64,000 nt of DNA from Basidiobolus meristosporus CBS 931.73 (lineage: Eukaryota; Fungi; Basidiobolomycota), in assembly GCA_002104905.1 (NCBI GenBank), contig MCFE01000003.1, positions 186,001 through 250,000 on the forward strand. The letters are read 5' to 3'. Positions 47,085-60,927 of this stretch are shown piece by piece (within the stretch, counting starts at the first letter, position 1; each line of letters begins with the position of its first letter). The notes under the pieces were generated by a model. That model worked only from the letters and a program-made list of their open reading frames with translations. It was not told the DNA's origin and did no database searches. A program made the translations under genes and the position numbers.

Positions 47085-50000
47085 ATGCTAGAAAAGGATA
47101 TTGACCTTCTAAATGATCTTGACGATGGTATAGATTTCGAATCTTTTGTTTTTGAGGAGAACTATCACCCTACTCGAAAGATCATTCTACTACAAAATCT
47201 TCGCACAAAAGAAGGTACTTGCCAATCAACTTTTCATATACAACGGTGGAATACCCAATAAGTTAACGGATTCACTGGCTGCTTAAAAGCACTCAACGTA
47301 TTGCAGGCTAGTAGAAATCTCGTCGTTGAATCCCAATATCTTGGAATTCCGACTGCACGATATGCCGCACGAGAAATGGCATATTGGCTATTGAAATGTG
47401 ATACCAGTGAGCAGGTACTTTATGCCTAGGTTTAAATATTGAAGATCTTGCCCGACGTGTATTGACACTTGAATTAGTTCGAAACCATATGTGGGGTTAT
47501 TAAAAAATTCGATGCCGAGGCTCAATTTGATATGAAACGCTTCATCGGCGTGCTACTGAACTCATATGGACAAGGTAGAGAAAGGCCTACTGGAGAGAAT
47601 CTCTCGCCACAGATCTGTATCCTCTCCCTATTGTTCTGCCTTAGAACACAGCTGCCTGGATTGATGTCAGAAGAGATGATATTTGAACAATTAAAATCAG
47701 TCGAAAAATTTATTGTCTACGATTTGAAGGAAATGGTCTTGACCACAGATGGTCAACTACAAGCAAACGAGGTTTTCGATGGTTAGTCATTCAGTCCACC
47801 AAAGCAGAGTTCTACGACCACAAAAGTGTTCATAACACCGTATCGCTTAAAATAGATTTTTTGAAGAGTGCTTTGAAGATCATCAATCTATCGCTAGCAA
47901 GTGAAAATGAGAGAGAGAGTTACAGTTTCCGGCACATGAAGTTTATTGAACAGATATTCCATAGCATTTTAGAACAAGATATGACGAACTTCCTAGACTG
48001 GAGGTAAACTGCATCGATAAAACATCAGTCACAACGCCACTAATAGGTATCATGTCTGTTCAGCATTACTGCGCCGAAAATCGCTGTTTACCAATACACA
48101 CTGGACTTTATTATTCAACACACATTTGCTTTGGAGGAAGTAAAGACATCTCTGACAGTTCAGGATGTTTTCATACGTGAGGTCACACGCATATGCTGTA
48201 AGACACCATGCTCTTTGGATGAATTGAATGGAAAGCCTCAGTCAGAATTCACAAAAACCTGTGGAAATGCAGTGAATGCGATGCAAAATGGTATTCTTTG
48301 AGCTTCTAGAAATCATGTCTGCCTTTTCTAAACTAGAATATCTTCAAGATAATAGCAAGCCTTATGAATACCGACGCCCGGTTTTTGCCACTCTCCTAAA
48401 AATATTTGATACTAGCAAAGACTCTACTCTCTCCGCAACAGATCAAAGCATCGCGGTGATCAACAGTGTCATTTCGATTGGGAGACATTTAGCAGTAATT
48501 CAGATTGTTCATGTGCAAACTATACCTCAGAATGTACTGACATTGACTATGTTAGCTTCTACCTGAATTAACATGCCTCTTCGGCTTAATTCGAACCTTT
48601 TGCTCGTTTGATCCCTTATCGAACAAGGAGGCCCTTAACGTCCTTACTGACTATTTGGAGAATGCGATAGAACACTACGACTCTAATTTGCTTGTACTGG
48701 TTTTGAATTTTGCATGGATAGCTGAAAGTGAAAAGGCGTTCAGACACATTAATGGCTACCGGATTTGGGTGCAGGTAAATAATGAAGAGATCTTGAATGC
48801 AATAAGGCGCTTTCTCTGAAAATTAAGCTACTTGTAAGCGCAATATTATCCGTGAGGACGCGAGCCTTCTTTCTACGAAACGAAAAGCCCAGTTTCTCTT
48901 TACTACTTTAAGCAATATGGTTCCGTATCAATCAAGCAAAGCATTACAGGTACTTTGCAGAATTATCTCACATTCCCTGCACCTCTTTACAAAACTCAAT
49001 TTGGCTTTAGTTGAATTTACACTCTTTTTTGGGCCTCTCTCGTTGGCGAGCTATTGTCAATGATTATGTAACACTACTAAAAACGCGACTGCTGGATATG
49101 GGAGTAAGTATAATTTTGTTTTTTCCATTTAGGCTCCACTAGCTGATTATTTCCACCATCTAAAGGAATCTATACAACTGAACAAAAACTCTGTGACGCC
49201 ACAACCCGCACTCACGCAAGGCAGTCGTATGTTATCAATAGGAAAGATCCTTACCTCCTTTTCACTCTCGTCCCGCATTCCCCAAGCGTTGCTAGAATCC
49301 ATAGTGTTTCGTAACCGCTGGTACTTGAATACCTTCCTACCCGAATTGATGTACGGAGAACCACTCGAGGAAGAAATCTCTGAAAGCATTCCATCCACAA
49401 CTAGAGCGTCGTTGATTGAGAATCTGTATAAAAATGGAAAGATCGGAAAGAAACAGTACGACAGTTTTTTGGAAAGTAACCGTCAGAAAAAACTTGAGCT
49501 CGCACAAGCCGCAAGAAATAGAAACCCTGGACAACCATCAGATAGCAAATCACCCATCCTCATAGACCTTGATTCACCAGAGAAGTCACCTAATAGAAGC
49601 CCAATACCCATAAAACCGGATGTATCGCAGGAAGCCCTCTTCAAAACGATTGAGCGTTTAGTTGAAGCACTATTGGGCAGTATTGAGGATTCCTCAGATC
49701 ATAATCTCGAACGTTTAAAGCTAGACGAGAAGATCAGCGAAATTAAAACGGCAATTGCTTCACTTCTGGACATCACTTTGAACGATGAATCCCACACTAC
49801 AAAGCAAGCATCATTAGAGCACATGACCGACTGTTTGATATATGACTATAGATCTCACGAAATATATCAGAATCCACGGAAGCTACTAGATCTTTGCAAA
49901 ACTTCGAACTCTTTGACCACTTTACTGATGAACGTGATTCAACTGTTTCTTCAAGATATTCAGCATAAACAAGCGAGAAAGAGCATCAGCATTCAATGCT

Positions 50001-52709
50001 TTATTTCCTTTCTAGATATCTTGAGAACATTCAAGTCACTTCATCCCAACGTATATCTGAACCTCTATCAATCACTATACTCGAATTCCACTGCTTTTTC
50101 GACTGACGAATGCTTGATTATTGCCTTGATATGCTTGATATTGGACGCTTGGCAACCTGCCGGACATAATGGGAGATCCTCTGGATTCGTGCACATTACT
50201 GCCCTTGATCATCGTACCAACTATTCCCACCCCAAACCAATCTCATACGATCCATTCAATCGGATATCTCCTTTGAAGGCGCTCTTTGACCTCTTTATTT
50301 ACGGCAACCTCCCTACTAGCTTTCATTCACCAACTCTTTTGATGGTGCTTTGTTATGTTATCACCATTGGTTTTGGGGTTTTTAATAATCAATCTCAAGA
50401 AAACCTCGAATTACTGATCCACTCTCTTGAATCCGGGAATTTATGGTGCGAACACTTGGGTGCAACTATTGACAAAACCTATAAGCAGAATGAAGGTAAT
50501 GGCGTGACTATATAAGCGAATTGGCTCTTACCAAACTGACGTTGCTTCTACAGGCCTTGTACCCAAAGAATTTGTCTGGAAGGTTGCATTTGAACTCGAA
50601 AAGATGAAAAGCTACGACAATGTTGAACTGTTACCCAATCAGCAGCTCAGTCAAGAAATAACACAATTGCTTCCTCGCCTCCCAAAGATCTATCGCCATT
50701 CAGATTTAACCTCGTGGATCACTTGGACATTGACGCAGAAACCCAACGATCAAGGTATGCGTTAGAGAATGGAAACACCACATGTGAAATTTACTTAATA
50801 TGATTCGATAGAGCATCTCAGGAATATGATCACGACTAGATTTTATCAGCAATTCAGTAAACCTTTCGTCATAACAGAAAATGGCCCTGGAACAGCTGTC
50901 CAGCGACTAGGTGTAGGTATTTTGACATACATTCTTCGCAAGGAATTGGCACGTGCCCTCAATGCACAATCATCCGAAACTTTGAGATCACTGCAACGTA
51001 TTATTGAGATAGCCGTTAACGATACACCCTTGGAGTATAACAGCACAATACAGCTATTGAAAGACTTGCTGATGTCGCAACCGGAGAGACATCTTAACCC
51101 TCAAATGGAGTGTACAGCTGCTCAAGAGTTGACAAAATGGGCCCGGGAATGCTTGATTGCAGAACTACAAAGTATCGACACTGGAAATGACTTTTATGGA
51201 TATCAAGTCACATCTGACAAGGTAAATTACAATCTAGTGTGACATCCAATTGAAACAATCGAATAATTTGGTTAGAACAAGCAATTCTGGAGCATATATC
51301 TCGAAACTTTTCAAACCCACCTCAACCTTAGCTTCAGCGATCTCATCATTGAAGGGCTGGATAGTCAACATCCAACTAAGCAGCAAATACAAGAAACAAG
51401 CGTATGGGTTGAAATGTGTTTCTCGATGAACAAAGTCATGAATGATCCAGCATGGACGAAGCCGATCCAACTACAACTGAAAGAAGTATTCTCTCGATTC
51501 GGTGATAATTTCTGCAGTATTGAAGTTGGCTTCATTCACAATATATCATACGAAAACACCACTAATTATTTGGCCTTGGATTGTAGCAATTCTACTCGCG
51601 CTGTCCCACCTTTTTATTGGCTTTGGGCGAATGCTCAAATACCGACTTAGTGTGCTGCAGAACACATAACATTACTGTCTCGCACGCCATTAAGCAACTA
51701 CAGACCAGTGTTTCTTCGATTATAAGTGGCACGTGGTGGTATGTGTTCATACACCGATTGATAAGCTCTTGCCCCGATATCTAAAGTACTTTTAAGTGAG
51801 GGCCAACCCAGCTCCGCAGCCCAACCAGATCCATATAGTCTGGCTTGTGCCGTCCATAATCACATTGAGGATATCTTGAACTCGGCAATTTCAGAGGAAG
51901 GTGACCAAGCAGCAAGAATCGTAAGTGGGCTATCTGGTCTTCTTAAATACTTCAAACAGCATACTTCGAATCGACTATATTATGTGGAGAAGAAGAAAAA
52001 TGAGGATTTCGTTTGCATCCTTTACGAAAAGTGTGTGTGGAAAATCATACAACTGCTTTCGGAAGATTTCGTTCGTCTGGGAACAACACTTGCCTCGTTA
52101 ATATTTGGCGATACGACTTTCGCAGACCTGACTACCTTCAAGCTCACGTTCTATAAAGAGCTCGTATTAGGGATTCTATGTACACAGCCACAAGTACTGC
52201 AGACTCTTTCGTTTGAATGGCACTCGAAACATTCACCGAGATCCAAAACTCTCACTACCACTGGCCTCAGCTGGTGCCTGTATTTACAGCTTACTCTAAT
52301 TCTGACATCCAAATTAGAGAGAGATTTCGGGCCGTTTGAACCTAAATACGTGGCACGATATTACTTCATCAACGTGCTACCGGCCTATCTCAACTTTCAA
52401 CAGCATCTGTTTAGCGCATCCGCCCTGTATTACTATCCACTTGTTATCAACAACGCTGTACGACGCATGATTGAGCGCTGGAACAGCTCTCTGCTCCCCC
52501 TTGCTTCCAAAAACCCTGAAGAGATCGCTTTGGACCCCCTTTCACACGAATCCACCAAGACATTAATCACGAGTCTGTGGGCCTTGGACCCTACCATTGG
52601 TACCCAGATTAAGCAACTTTGGGTACATCTCAATCTGAAACCTAGGTGTACGGGAACACCAGTGAATCACCTGAAGAGAAAAGCACCACTTGTTATCGAA
52701 ATAGATTAA
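47085..52709 (+). CDS. FANCA: Fanconi anemia group A (FANCA)-like protein, many exons; start codon approximate
   Basis: Collinear motifs matching human FANCA as recalled: [104 protein letters not shown]. Confidence 0.78.
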
Positions 52710-53512
52710 TCTCGCCAAACACCTCCACCCCCCTCCCCTCAACCATCCCTCGCCGATCATCCGTGTATTTATCAATAGAAATGTGATTGATTTGTGTATC
52801 ACTCCTTGAACCAAGTGACTTATCCATCAAACATCCATGCGATTGGGTCAAGGTCATAGGGCTTCGAATCGTATGATTTAGTATTGCGCTTCAATATGGA
52901 AATATTACGCGTTCGCGCCGGGTGCAGTTGGTATGTAGCGCCTACGTAATTCTCGGTGACATTCCCACAAAGCAGATATTATTGTGACCAATGATGCGGT
53001 CAGTGGCCATGTAATCTTGAGCCCCATTGGCCAAAATTGCTAGGATCAATGGATGAGAGGGAGCTTTTGAGACTGGTAGCTTCAGACATGCATCATTTCA
53101 AGGGATCAGCCATAGGATCGCCACACACATTCACAATGGAACACCCATAGAATTGGTGGATCTCCGTTAGAGAGGAGAGGAAAAATTTTCGTGACAAGTT
53201 GTCGAAAAAATTCTTGACAAGGGTAGGAATCCTCCCTTTTTTTTAAAATTTCTCCAAGCGCAAGTAGCATCCCCTCGTTCCGTATTTCTTTTTTGTTTTT
53301 TGTGTTTTATTTAGTTCCATTTTGGTGACTTTGTCAATTTCTTGTCAGTATATTTATGTATCTGTGAATGCGTTGGTGAACTGTCGTGTATTAACTTATC
53401 GTTATTGATCTATTTATTCGCTCTGTAAATCGTTGACGCTCCCTCCCCACTGTGTGTTGAATTTTGTCATTTTCCGCGAACTTTTCTTCTGGGGAACCGT
53501 CGAATTTAGAAT

Positions 53513-54537
53513 ATGTCATCGGATCGTAAGACTGGTCGCGTCAAGTTCTTCAACTGTCAAAAAGGTTACGGCTTCATCATCCCTGACGATGCCGCCGAAA
53601 CTGGAACTGCTGAAAGTATGTATTTTTCAGTTTACTTTGAGATAGGTGGCCATATTCGCGACACTTGCTCGGAGGTGCTTGTTTCCAACGCATTTGTTTC
53701 TGCTTGAAAGTTTACCGATGATGGTTGTGTTTTGTGTGCCCAGTGAAAGTAGCGGGTGGCATTGTTCGTGCTATCTACTCTTGCCTCTCACGTCCTCGCC
53801 CCTTCCACTTTCCCTCAATTAATCCAAATCCCTTCGCTTGTAGTTTTCGTACATCATAGCGCTATCCATAACGATGGCGGTTTCAAGAGTCTCGCTGAGG
53901 TATCCACATACTCCTCTTCAACCTACTAATTATAAGTGCGCTGATCGTTCGCGTAATAGGGCGAAGAAGTTGAGTATGATTTAGTCCAAGGACCTAAGGG
54001 TATGCAAGCAGCCAACGTTTCAGGCCCCAACGGCGGTTCTGTTCGTGGCGCCCCCAACTTTTCTAGAGGTGGCTACGGAGGGTTAGTTCGAAGGTTACAT
54101 AAGGAACGCACATCTTGTTGCTGTTGCTAATGCCAACTCTTTCATAGTGGTTACAACAAGTTTGGAGGATACGGTGCACCAGGTAAGCATGAGGTCAGGT
54201 ACAGCTCTCGGGCGATTCTAACCCATTAATCGACCCGACTTTAGCTGGTTATGGTCATATGGCCCAGGGCGGCTATGGTCAATACCAACCCTCCGGCTAC
54301 GGTGGTCAAGGTGGATACGGACAATACCCACAATCATATGGTGGTCAGCAGAATTTCGGTAATCAAGGTGGATTTGGTGGTGCTGGCTACGGCTATGGCA
54401 ACCAATCCTTCGGCCACGGACCTGGTGGTTACGGCCAATCCTATGGCCAACAACAGCAACAACCACAGCAGCCTTACAACGGCGAGTTTAACCAGCCTTC
54501 TGGCTATGATAACTCCAACCAAGGCGCTCAATACTAA
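53513..54537 (+). CDS. Cold-shock-domain (Y-box/GRP-like) RNA-binding protein with Gly/Tyr/Gln-rich tail, multi-exon
   Basis: RKTGRVKFFNCQKGYGFI (RNP1), VFVHHSAI (RNP2), GFKSLAE|GEEVEY..VQGPKG.QAANV; GGYGQ repeats. Confidence 0.9.
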
Positions 54538-54902
54538 GGGCCAAGCCTGGCTACCAACTCTCTATTTTTACTGCAACTACTTCGTGTGACTTAACTCTTG
54601 TATTTTGAAAACATTCCAATCTATAATGTGTTAGGAGCCAAAAACCCATCAAAAAAATCCCCCATTTCCTACACGGATTATCCACTCGCGATTGCGTGAA
54701 CGGCATTTGTAGTGTATAGGTCTCTTTAACTTTCGATTTCTTTCTTGTCAAATGTCTGAGCGCAGTCCTGATCTATCTCCCCTACTTTTCTATACACCTA
54801 TGACGTGTTTCTTGTAGCGATATTCTTTTACTTCTTGAATTTTTCATTTTCTTGAGCGAAAGAACACTTTATTTAATAATAAACCACAGGAAATGTACGC
54901 AG

Positions 54903-56484
54903 TCAGTTGTCGATCTCCTTGCAGGAGGAGTACTCGTCAAGCAAAGTGAGCGCGGCACCCAGCGACCAGCTCGTCTCGATGTCGTCGATCTTCTTGGCCA
55001 CCTTCAGCGGAGTGTCCAGTGGGATCTCGTAGGCGTGGTGCAGCAAGGAGAACAGGTACGAGAGGTCTAAGCAGTCGTGGAATCTATCGGGTTGCATGAA
55101 GAACTTGACCGCCTCGCTCTCGGAGAGCTCGGGGAAAAAGGTTCTTTCACAGATCTTTTTGTTGGCCTCTTGGATCTCCCAGAGTCCAATGTTTTGCTTG
55201 AAGCCCAGGCGTTGGGTGATGTCGTGGAAGTAGGAGAATATGTAGATCTCTTGGTGGGTGAAGGTTTCGGTGAGTTTTGGTTGATAAATGCCGTTGAATG
55301 AACACGGTGACGTTGGGCATTCAACCGACTTGTCGAGCATCTTGTACATCAATTCGTGACATTGTTCCATGCCAGTGGCGATGCCTACCAGGGTGAGTGT
55401 GCGTTCGCCAGCCTCGGTGGGGATTTCCCACTTTTGAGAAGTGCGAGGGAAGAGGCAGGGGTGGGGGATGACTATCTGATGGGCTTCGCTGCTCTGAGCG
55501 ACCAATGCTTTGGCTTGTTTGCGTGCTTCCATCAGCCCATAGCCCAAGTGGCTGTGTTGGTAGAGGATATGCTCGCGTGGGCCGAATTTGAGCCTGTATT
55601 GATGCTCTTCTGGGAATTCGTGACTCTCACTAAGCGTCGGTTCGAACACGATTTGTGTAGAGCCGCCGCCTAGATCCAAAATCGCAACGGTGGGCTTCTG
55701 CTTCTCCTGACCAATGTTCTTGAGAAGATAGTTCACCGTGATCCATGCGTAGACCCCTAGGAAGTATCCAAAATGAACTTAGCTACTGAAATGCCATCCA
55801 CTGCTGCTGCTCGACTTACCTTCTTTCGCACCATCCAGAATGGCAACGCCTTCATCCTTGGTGAGCGGAAAGGGGTAATTCTCGACAAGTCTTTCTTCAA
55901 CCGCTTTCAGGATTTCAGCGCTCTTTTCTTCACCAAGCAATCTCAACCCGGCGGTGGCTTTGACGGTGATTGGGGTACATTTGTGCAAGTGTTTAGGAAT
56001 TTTCTTCAAGGCGTGATCAATCAAAGGATCCAAACTCTTCGCAGCAATGTGCGGTTCTTCGGAGTATGCCGATAGACCAGGCTCTACCTGTTCAAAAAGC
56101 TCATCAAGAAGTTTCACTTCATTTGAGCAACGCTCAAAAGTATACACATGAATCCGAGAGCCAGTTGAGCCAGCATCAATGATAGAAACATATTCTTGTT
56201 TACAGCCTAAACGGATAGTAGTCAAAGCAGAACACCATGAGTACTGCGAGTAGAAACAAGCCACAAGGTGATTTTCCAGTAGCCTTACCTGAAGGGTTGC
56301 TTGTGAAGTAAAACCAAGTAATAAAGGAAAATATGATAAGTAAGAAGATTGGCTTCACTCGATCATTCGAAAGGTCTGTGCGCTTTTCTGCAACGTTTTT
56401 CGGCACCTCCTTAGGTGAGCCTGAAGGATCGCTTTTCCCTTCCGAAGTTTCTCGCTTACGTTTAGTCAGCTTGACTTCAGTCAT
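54903..56484 (-). CDS. GDA1: Golgi guanosine diphosphatase, GDA1/CD39 family, multi-exon
   Basis: N-terminal TM anchor; apyrase motifs DAGSTGSRIHVY, KATAGLRLL, EG|VYAWITVNYL, DLGGGSTQI, SWSLGA. Confidence 0.9.
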
Positions 56485-57336
56485 CTTTGAGTTTCACTGT
56501 TGGATTTCTTATAAGTGGTTGTGATGATGCCCCGGAAGCATGGAGCTATTTTAATACTTAGGAGCAGTTCCAAACCAACGTCACTGTGGTTACTACGTTC
56601 ACTCCCCTTGTTACCCGTTCGAATACCTAGGAAGTGTGAAGATTTCACTGATCAAAATACCAATTTAGTATAATTGCTGGACAATATCATGAAGAATCTG
56701 TGCTTTGCTGGAGGAGACAAAATGGGGCTGGTTCCTTGTTCCCGGATGATCCACCGGCGATCCAACAATCCCAACAAAATTAGTATATCACAAAGTAGGA
56801 TAAGCATCGAATTTAAAGCAAATTAGAAGCAAGAATTCAAGGTTTAAAGTAAAGTAGCAGCAGGAATTACTTAATCCGCCGGCCTGCATCTGAAGTTGCT
56901 ATCCGATATTTGCTTCTTCGATGCGTCGCAGTTTATAATCGATAAACGAGATCACGCGATTGCTAAACTAAAGTGCGGAATTCGTAAGTTCATGTAGCAC
57001 AGAGACAGAATTCGCAGGCACTGCATATTTTTCACAGCACGATTCTTTCCCGACTGGAGCTGTTGCCCGGTTTTCAGGAACTCTAAGAGGTGGATTGGAA
57101 TTTCTCACGAGCGATGGTGGAAGCACATCTCTCCCATATTTGAATGCGAATGGTGCTACAGCTGCTCGTAACTGTTGTGACCTCAAACCTACTACCAGCT
57201 TTCGAGATGGATTCGAAAATGTCGCACCAATAACGACGGTTTGAGATTTAAGCTTGCCTCGAAGTATAAATACTAAGGCACTGCTACTGCTCAAGGCACA
57301 TCTCAAGTCTTACTATCATTGCAGCTTATTTTGAAA

Positions 57337-59958
57337 ATGAGATTGCAACAACTGTTCCTCTTATCCGCTCTTCTCCTCGCCGAAAGTGCTCTTGGTAGTA
57401 GACCTATCGGAGTTCTGAAATCTGTTCCTGCGGGCTTTGGTGAGGGCACTGCCACCAGTGTCGTTCCCCATGCATACATCGTCGAGTTCGACGAGAATGG
57501 TGATCACGCAGCCAAGGTCAAGGCCCAGGATCTACTTCGCGCTGGTTTGAAGAAGCAGGGAATTGAATTCCAAGAACGCGCCGTCTTCACCGATTCCTTC
57601 AACGGTCTTTCCTTGAATGTGGGTGTCGAGCACCTCGATTTCTTGGCTTCATTCGAAGGGGTCAAGGCGATCTGGCCAATTGTAAGATTCCTCTGCCGTG
57701 GTACTTCACACACCAATCCATTACTAATCCTGAGCATCATTTAGACTCAACATGTGAAGAGTGCTGCCGTTGCGAAGCCTGCTGCTTCCGGAAGTCTTCC
57801 TGCCAACCTTATCTCTGACCCTCATGTGATGACTGGTGTCGATAAGGTACACAAGTTGCTCAAGAATACCGGTGAAGGAATCAGGGTTGGTGTGATCGAT
57901 ACCGGTATCGATTATAGCCATCCCGCCCTTGGCGGCTGCTTCAAGAGCAAGAACTGCCGAGTCCAATACGGTTATGACTTTGTCGGTGACGAGTATAACG
58001 GTACCCTTGGCTCCCTCAAAGGTGACGAGGACCCCAAAGATTGCCAGGGTCACGGAACCCATGTTGCTGGTATCATCGGTGCCAATGACAAGAATTTCAT
58101 TGGTGTCGCCCCCAAGGTTACCTTCGGTGCCTACAAAGTCTTCGGTTGCACCGGTGGTGCCCCAAGTGACATGATCATTAAGGCCATCGAAAAGAGCGTC
58201 GCTGATAAGATGGATGTCATCAATCTCTCTCTAGGAAGTCCCCTTCCATTCCCCGATGATCCGATCACCAGAGCCATTAACAGAGCGGCCGAGGCCGGAG
58301 TTGTTCCTTGCATTTCTGCTGGTAACGATGGTATGAACGGTCTATGGACTGTTGGTAGACCATCTACAGCCAAGAGCGCTATCTCCATCGCTTCTTTCGA
58401 CAACGTCAAATATCCTGGTCAGGCGTTCACCATTCACGAGGACAAGGGCAAACAGTTTGTTGCTGGTTATGAAGGTTTGAAGGCAGTATCCATCAAAGGT
58501 GCCTCCTTTGCCATTGCTAAAACCGGTGGCTGCAATCCTTTGAACGAAGACCTTACTGGTAAGGTTGTTTTGTTCTTCAAGTCCGAGTCGTGTGACTTGG
58601 TTGTGAAGGGGCTCAATGCTCAGAAAGCTGGAGCCGTGGGTGCTTTTGTGTATTCTACCACCTTCGGTGCCTACGTCCCAACATCCATGGATCCCGCCCT
58701 CAAGATCCCCCTGATGGGACTTCAAGCTAGTGATGCTGCTTATCTCAATGCTCTTTACGAGAAAAATCCCAAGCTTACCATCACCTTCGATCCTAAACAT
58801 CAACTCTACACCAACCCCAATGGAGGAAAGCCATCTTCCTTCACCGCATGGGGCCCTGACTTCGAGCTCAACTTCAAGCCTGATGTTGGTGCTCCAGGTG
58901 GTATCATCTATTCCACATACCCAGTTGCTAAGGGTGCCTATGCTCACTTGCGTGGTACCTCTATGGCCTCTCCTTACACTGCTGGTTCCGTGGCCCTTTA
59001 CCTCAAGTCCAAAGGCAAGGTCAACCCTCTTGCTGTGCGCTCTGTCCTTCAAAATACCGCAAACCCTGTCAGAGAACTGAACTTCAAGGGAATCACTTCT
59101 GCCGGAAAGCAAGGAGCTGGTTTGCTCAATCTCTGGGATGCTATTCACACTGACACTTTCGTCTCGCCATCCAAGTTCGCGTTGAACGATACCGTCCATT
59201 TCAACGGAGTCCATACTCTCACCGTTGAAAACAAGGGCAAGAGACCTATCACCTACGCTGTTGACCACTATCCTGCTGTCTCAGTGAATGGTTATGACAA
59301 CAAGGGCTACCCCGTTCTTCAGAATGCCTTTGTATTATCCGGCGCTGGAGCCTCTGTCAAAGCCTCCCCATCCACCGTTACCGTCCGTCCTGGTCAGAGC
59401 AAGAAAGTGAAGATCACAGTGACTCCACCTCGTTTCGACAGAAAAGATTTCTGGGTTTACTCCGGATATGTCCAATTCAAGCCTCTGAACGGCAAGAGCA
59501 ATGTCGTCCGTGTTCCTTACTCTGGAGTCGCTGGGGATCATCACAGCAGAAAGGTGTTAGAACTCAAGGGCGAGAAGGCTCCAGTGGTTGTTGACTTCAC
59601 TACTCGTGTCCCCAAGAAGGAATACACCCTTGTTGGCGCCGATATTCCCCTCATCCAATTCCCATTGATCCACCCAACTAAGTATCTCTCAGTTGCTTTG
59701 GCTGATGTCAAAGGTAAGGAAGTTGGACTTATCACCCTCAGTGAAGGTGGTATCAACCGCAACTACCCTGGCACAACCACTAGCATCAAGTTCGATGGAA
59801 TTATCACAGTGGTAGAGAAGGGCGAAGCCAAGGAAGTTCCAGCTCCATCCGGCACTTACACCGTGGTGATCAGGGGTCTCAGACCATTCGGAGTCAAAAC
59901 CAAACCTGAGGACTTTGATACCTGGGTCTCCGCTCCATTTGTAGTCAAGCGTTCCTAA
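57337..59958 (+). CDS. Secreted subtilisin-like S8 serine protease with I9 propeptide, PA insert and Fn3-like domain; one intron (~57683-57744)
   Basis: Signal peptide MRLQQLFLLSALLLA; catalytic VIDTGID, HGTHVAGII, GTSMASP; FKPDVGAPGG. Confidence 0.95.
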
Positions 59959-60566
59959 GGAATCAATTTCGTTAGCATTTTATACTACTGTTCGTAATTC
60001 GCCTAATACTATACGTGGCTACCTAATAAAAGCTGCTGTCACACGGTGATAAGCAAGTCCGATTATAGTACACATACAAGTTAAAAAATACATACATCCA
60101 TAGAGATTTTGATTACCGAAATCCAAATGAACAGTTGCCAGCTGCTTTGGGTTCGAGCGCCGATATCAATTCCCGGTGATGATGGGATGCAACAGCCTAC
60201 ACATATTTCCATTGAAGTGAACAAAATGTATCACTGCAAAGATTCTAGCATAATATCCTAATAATGTGATATTGAAGCGTTGGCCATGTATCTAAAATAA
60301 CTCAAGAATGTCGATCACATTCAGATATGCCAATCTACTGCGCCCAAGAGAAAAGCTGGGAATTACTTGGTATTGCAATTAGCTAGCGCAGCACCAAAGT
60401 TCTTATACAACCGGGGTTTCTACTTGGCATATTGTCAAATTTATGGAATTTTGGATGTCCTGGACAAATCCTTTTTCAATATCATATATGTAAAGGCTGC
60501 ATTATTTGATTACTGTGTTATGTGACCAGGATGGAGTACCTTATCAATCTTGGGAATGGATGTGTG

Positions 60567-60915
60567 TGTTGTAATTATTGAATTGTCACCTAAATATTCA
60601 TGCTAACTTAGTCACATAGATCTTATTCTGTGATTAGCATTCTGTCCTGACTAGATTTCTTGTCGGGATTTACTTAGAATATTTTCACCAAATTGTCAGG
60701 TACCCAGATTATTATTTTTCTCAAAGTCGTCCAAAAGACCCCAAACTTTGCACACATATTCTTGGGACCTTCCTTAACAAACTCTACACGTTTGTTTCCT
60801 CTACTTTATCAAAAGTATAAATACCATACTTTTGATCAATAAATCTACAAGTGAATAACATGTAAATCCTCTAGTTCTCCACATCACTTCCAATACTCCT
60901 CAGAATATTGCAACA
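60567..60915 (+). repeat. 5' LTR (349 bp)
   Basis: TGTTGTAA...TTGCAACA; differs from 63532-63880 at two positions seen (G/A, C/T). Confidence 0.92.
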
Positions 60916-60927
60916 GGTTATGAGCCC
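60916..60927 (+). other. Primer-binding site GGTTATGAGCCC (complement of the tRNAiMet anticodon arm; half-tRNA priming); repeated at 63881-63892
   Basis: Exact reverse complement of GGGCUCAUAACC of initiator tRNA-Met, as used by Ty5/copia. Confidence 0.9.

Noticed and set aside
21950-52709. DNA-repair or genome-stability gene cluster (RAD1, Psh1-like, FANCA-like)
   Set aside because: Genes are 2-25 kb apart and interleaved with unrelated housekeeping genes; no shared motif seen
60140-60190. GGTTCGAG B-box-like and GTGATGA C-box-like words
   Set aside because: B-box consensus incomplete, no cloverleaf, A-box or D-box partner; no tRNA or snoRNA supported
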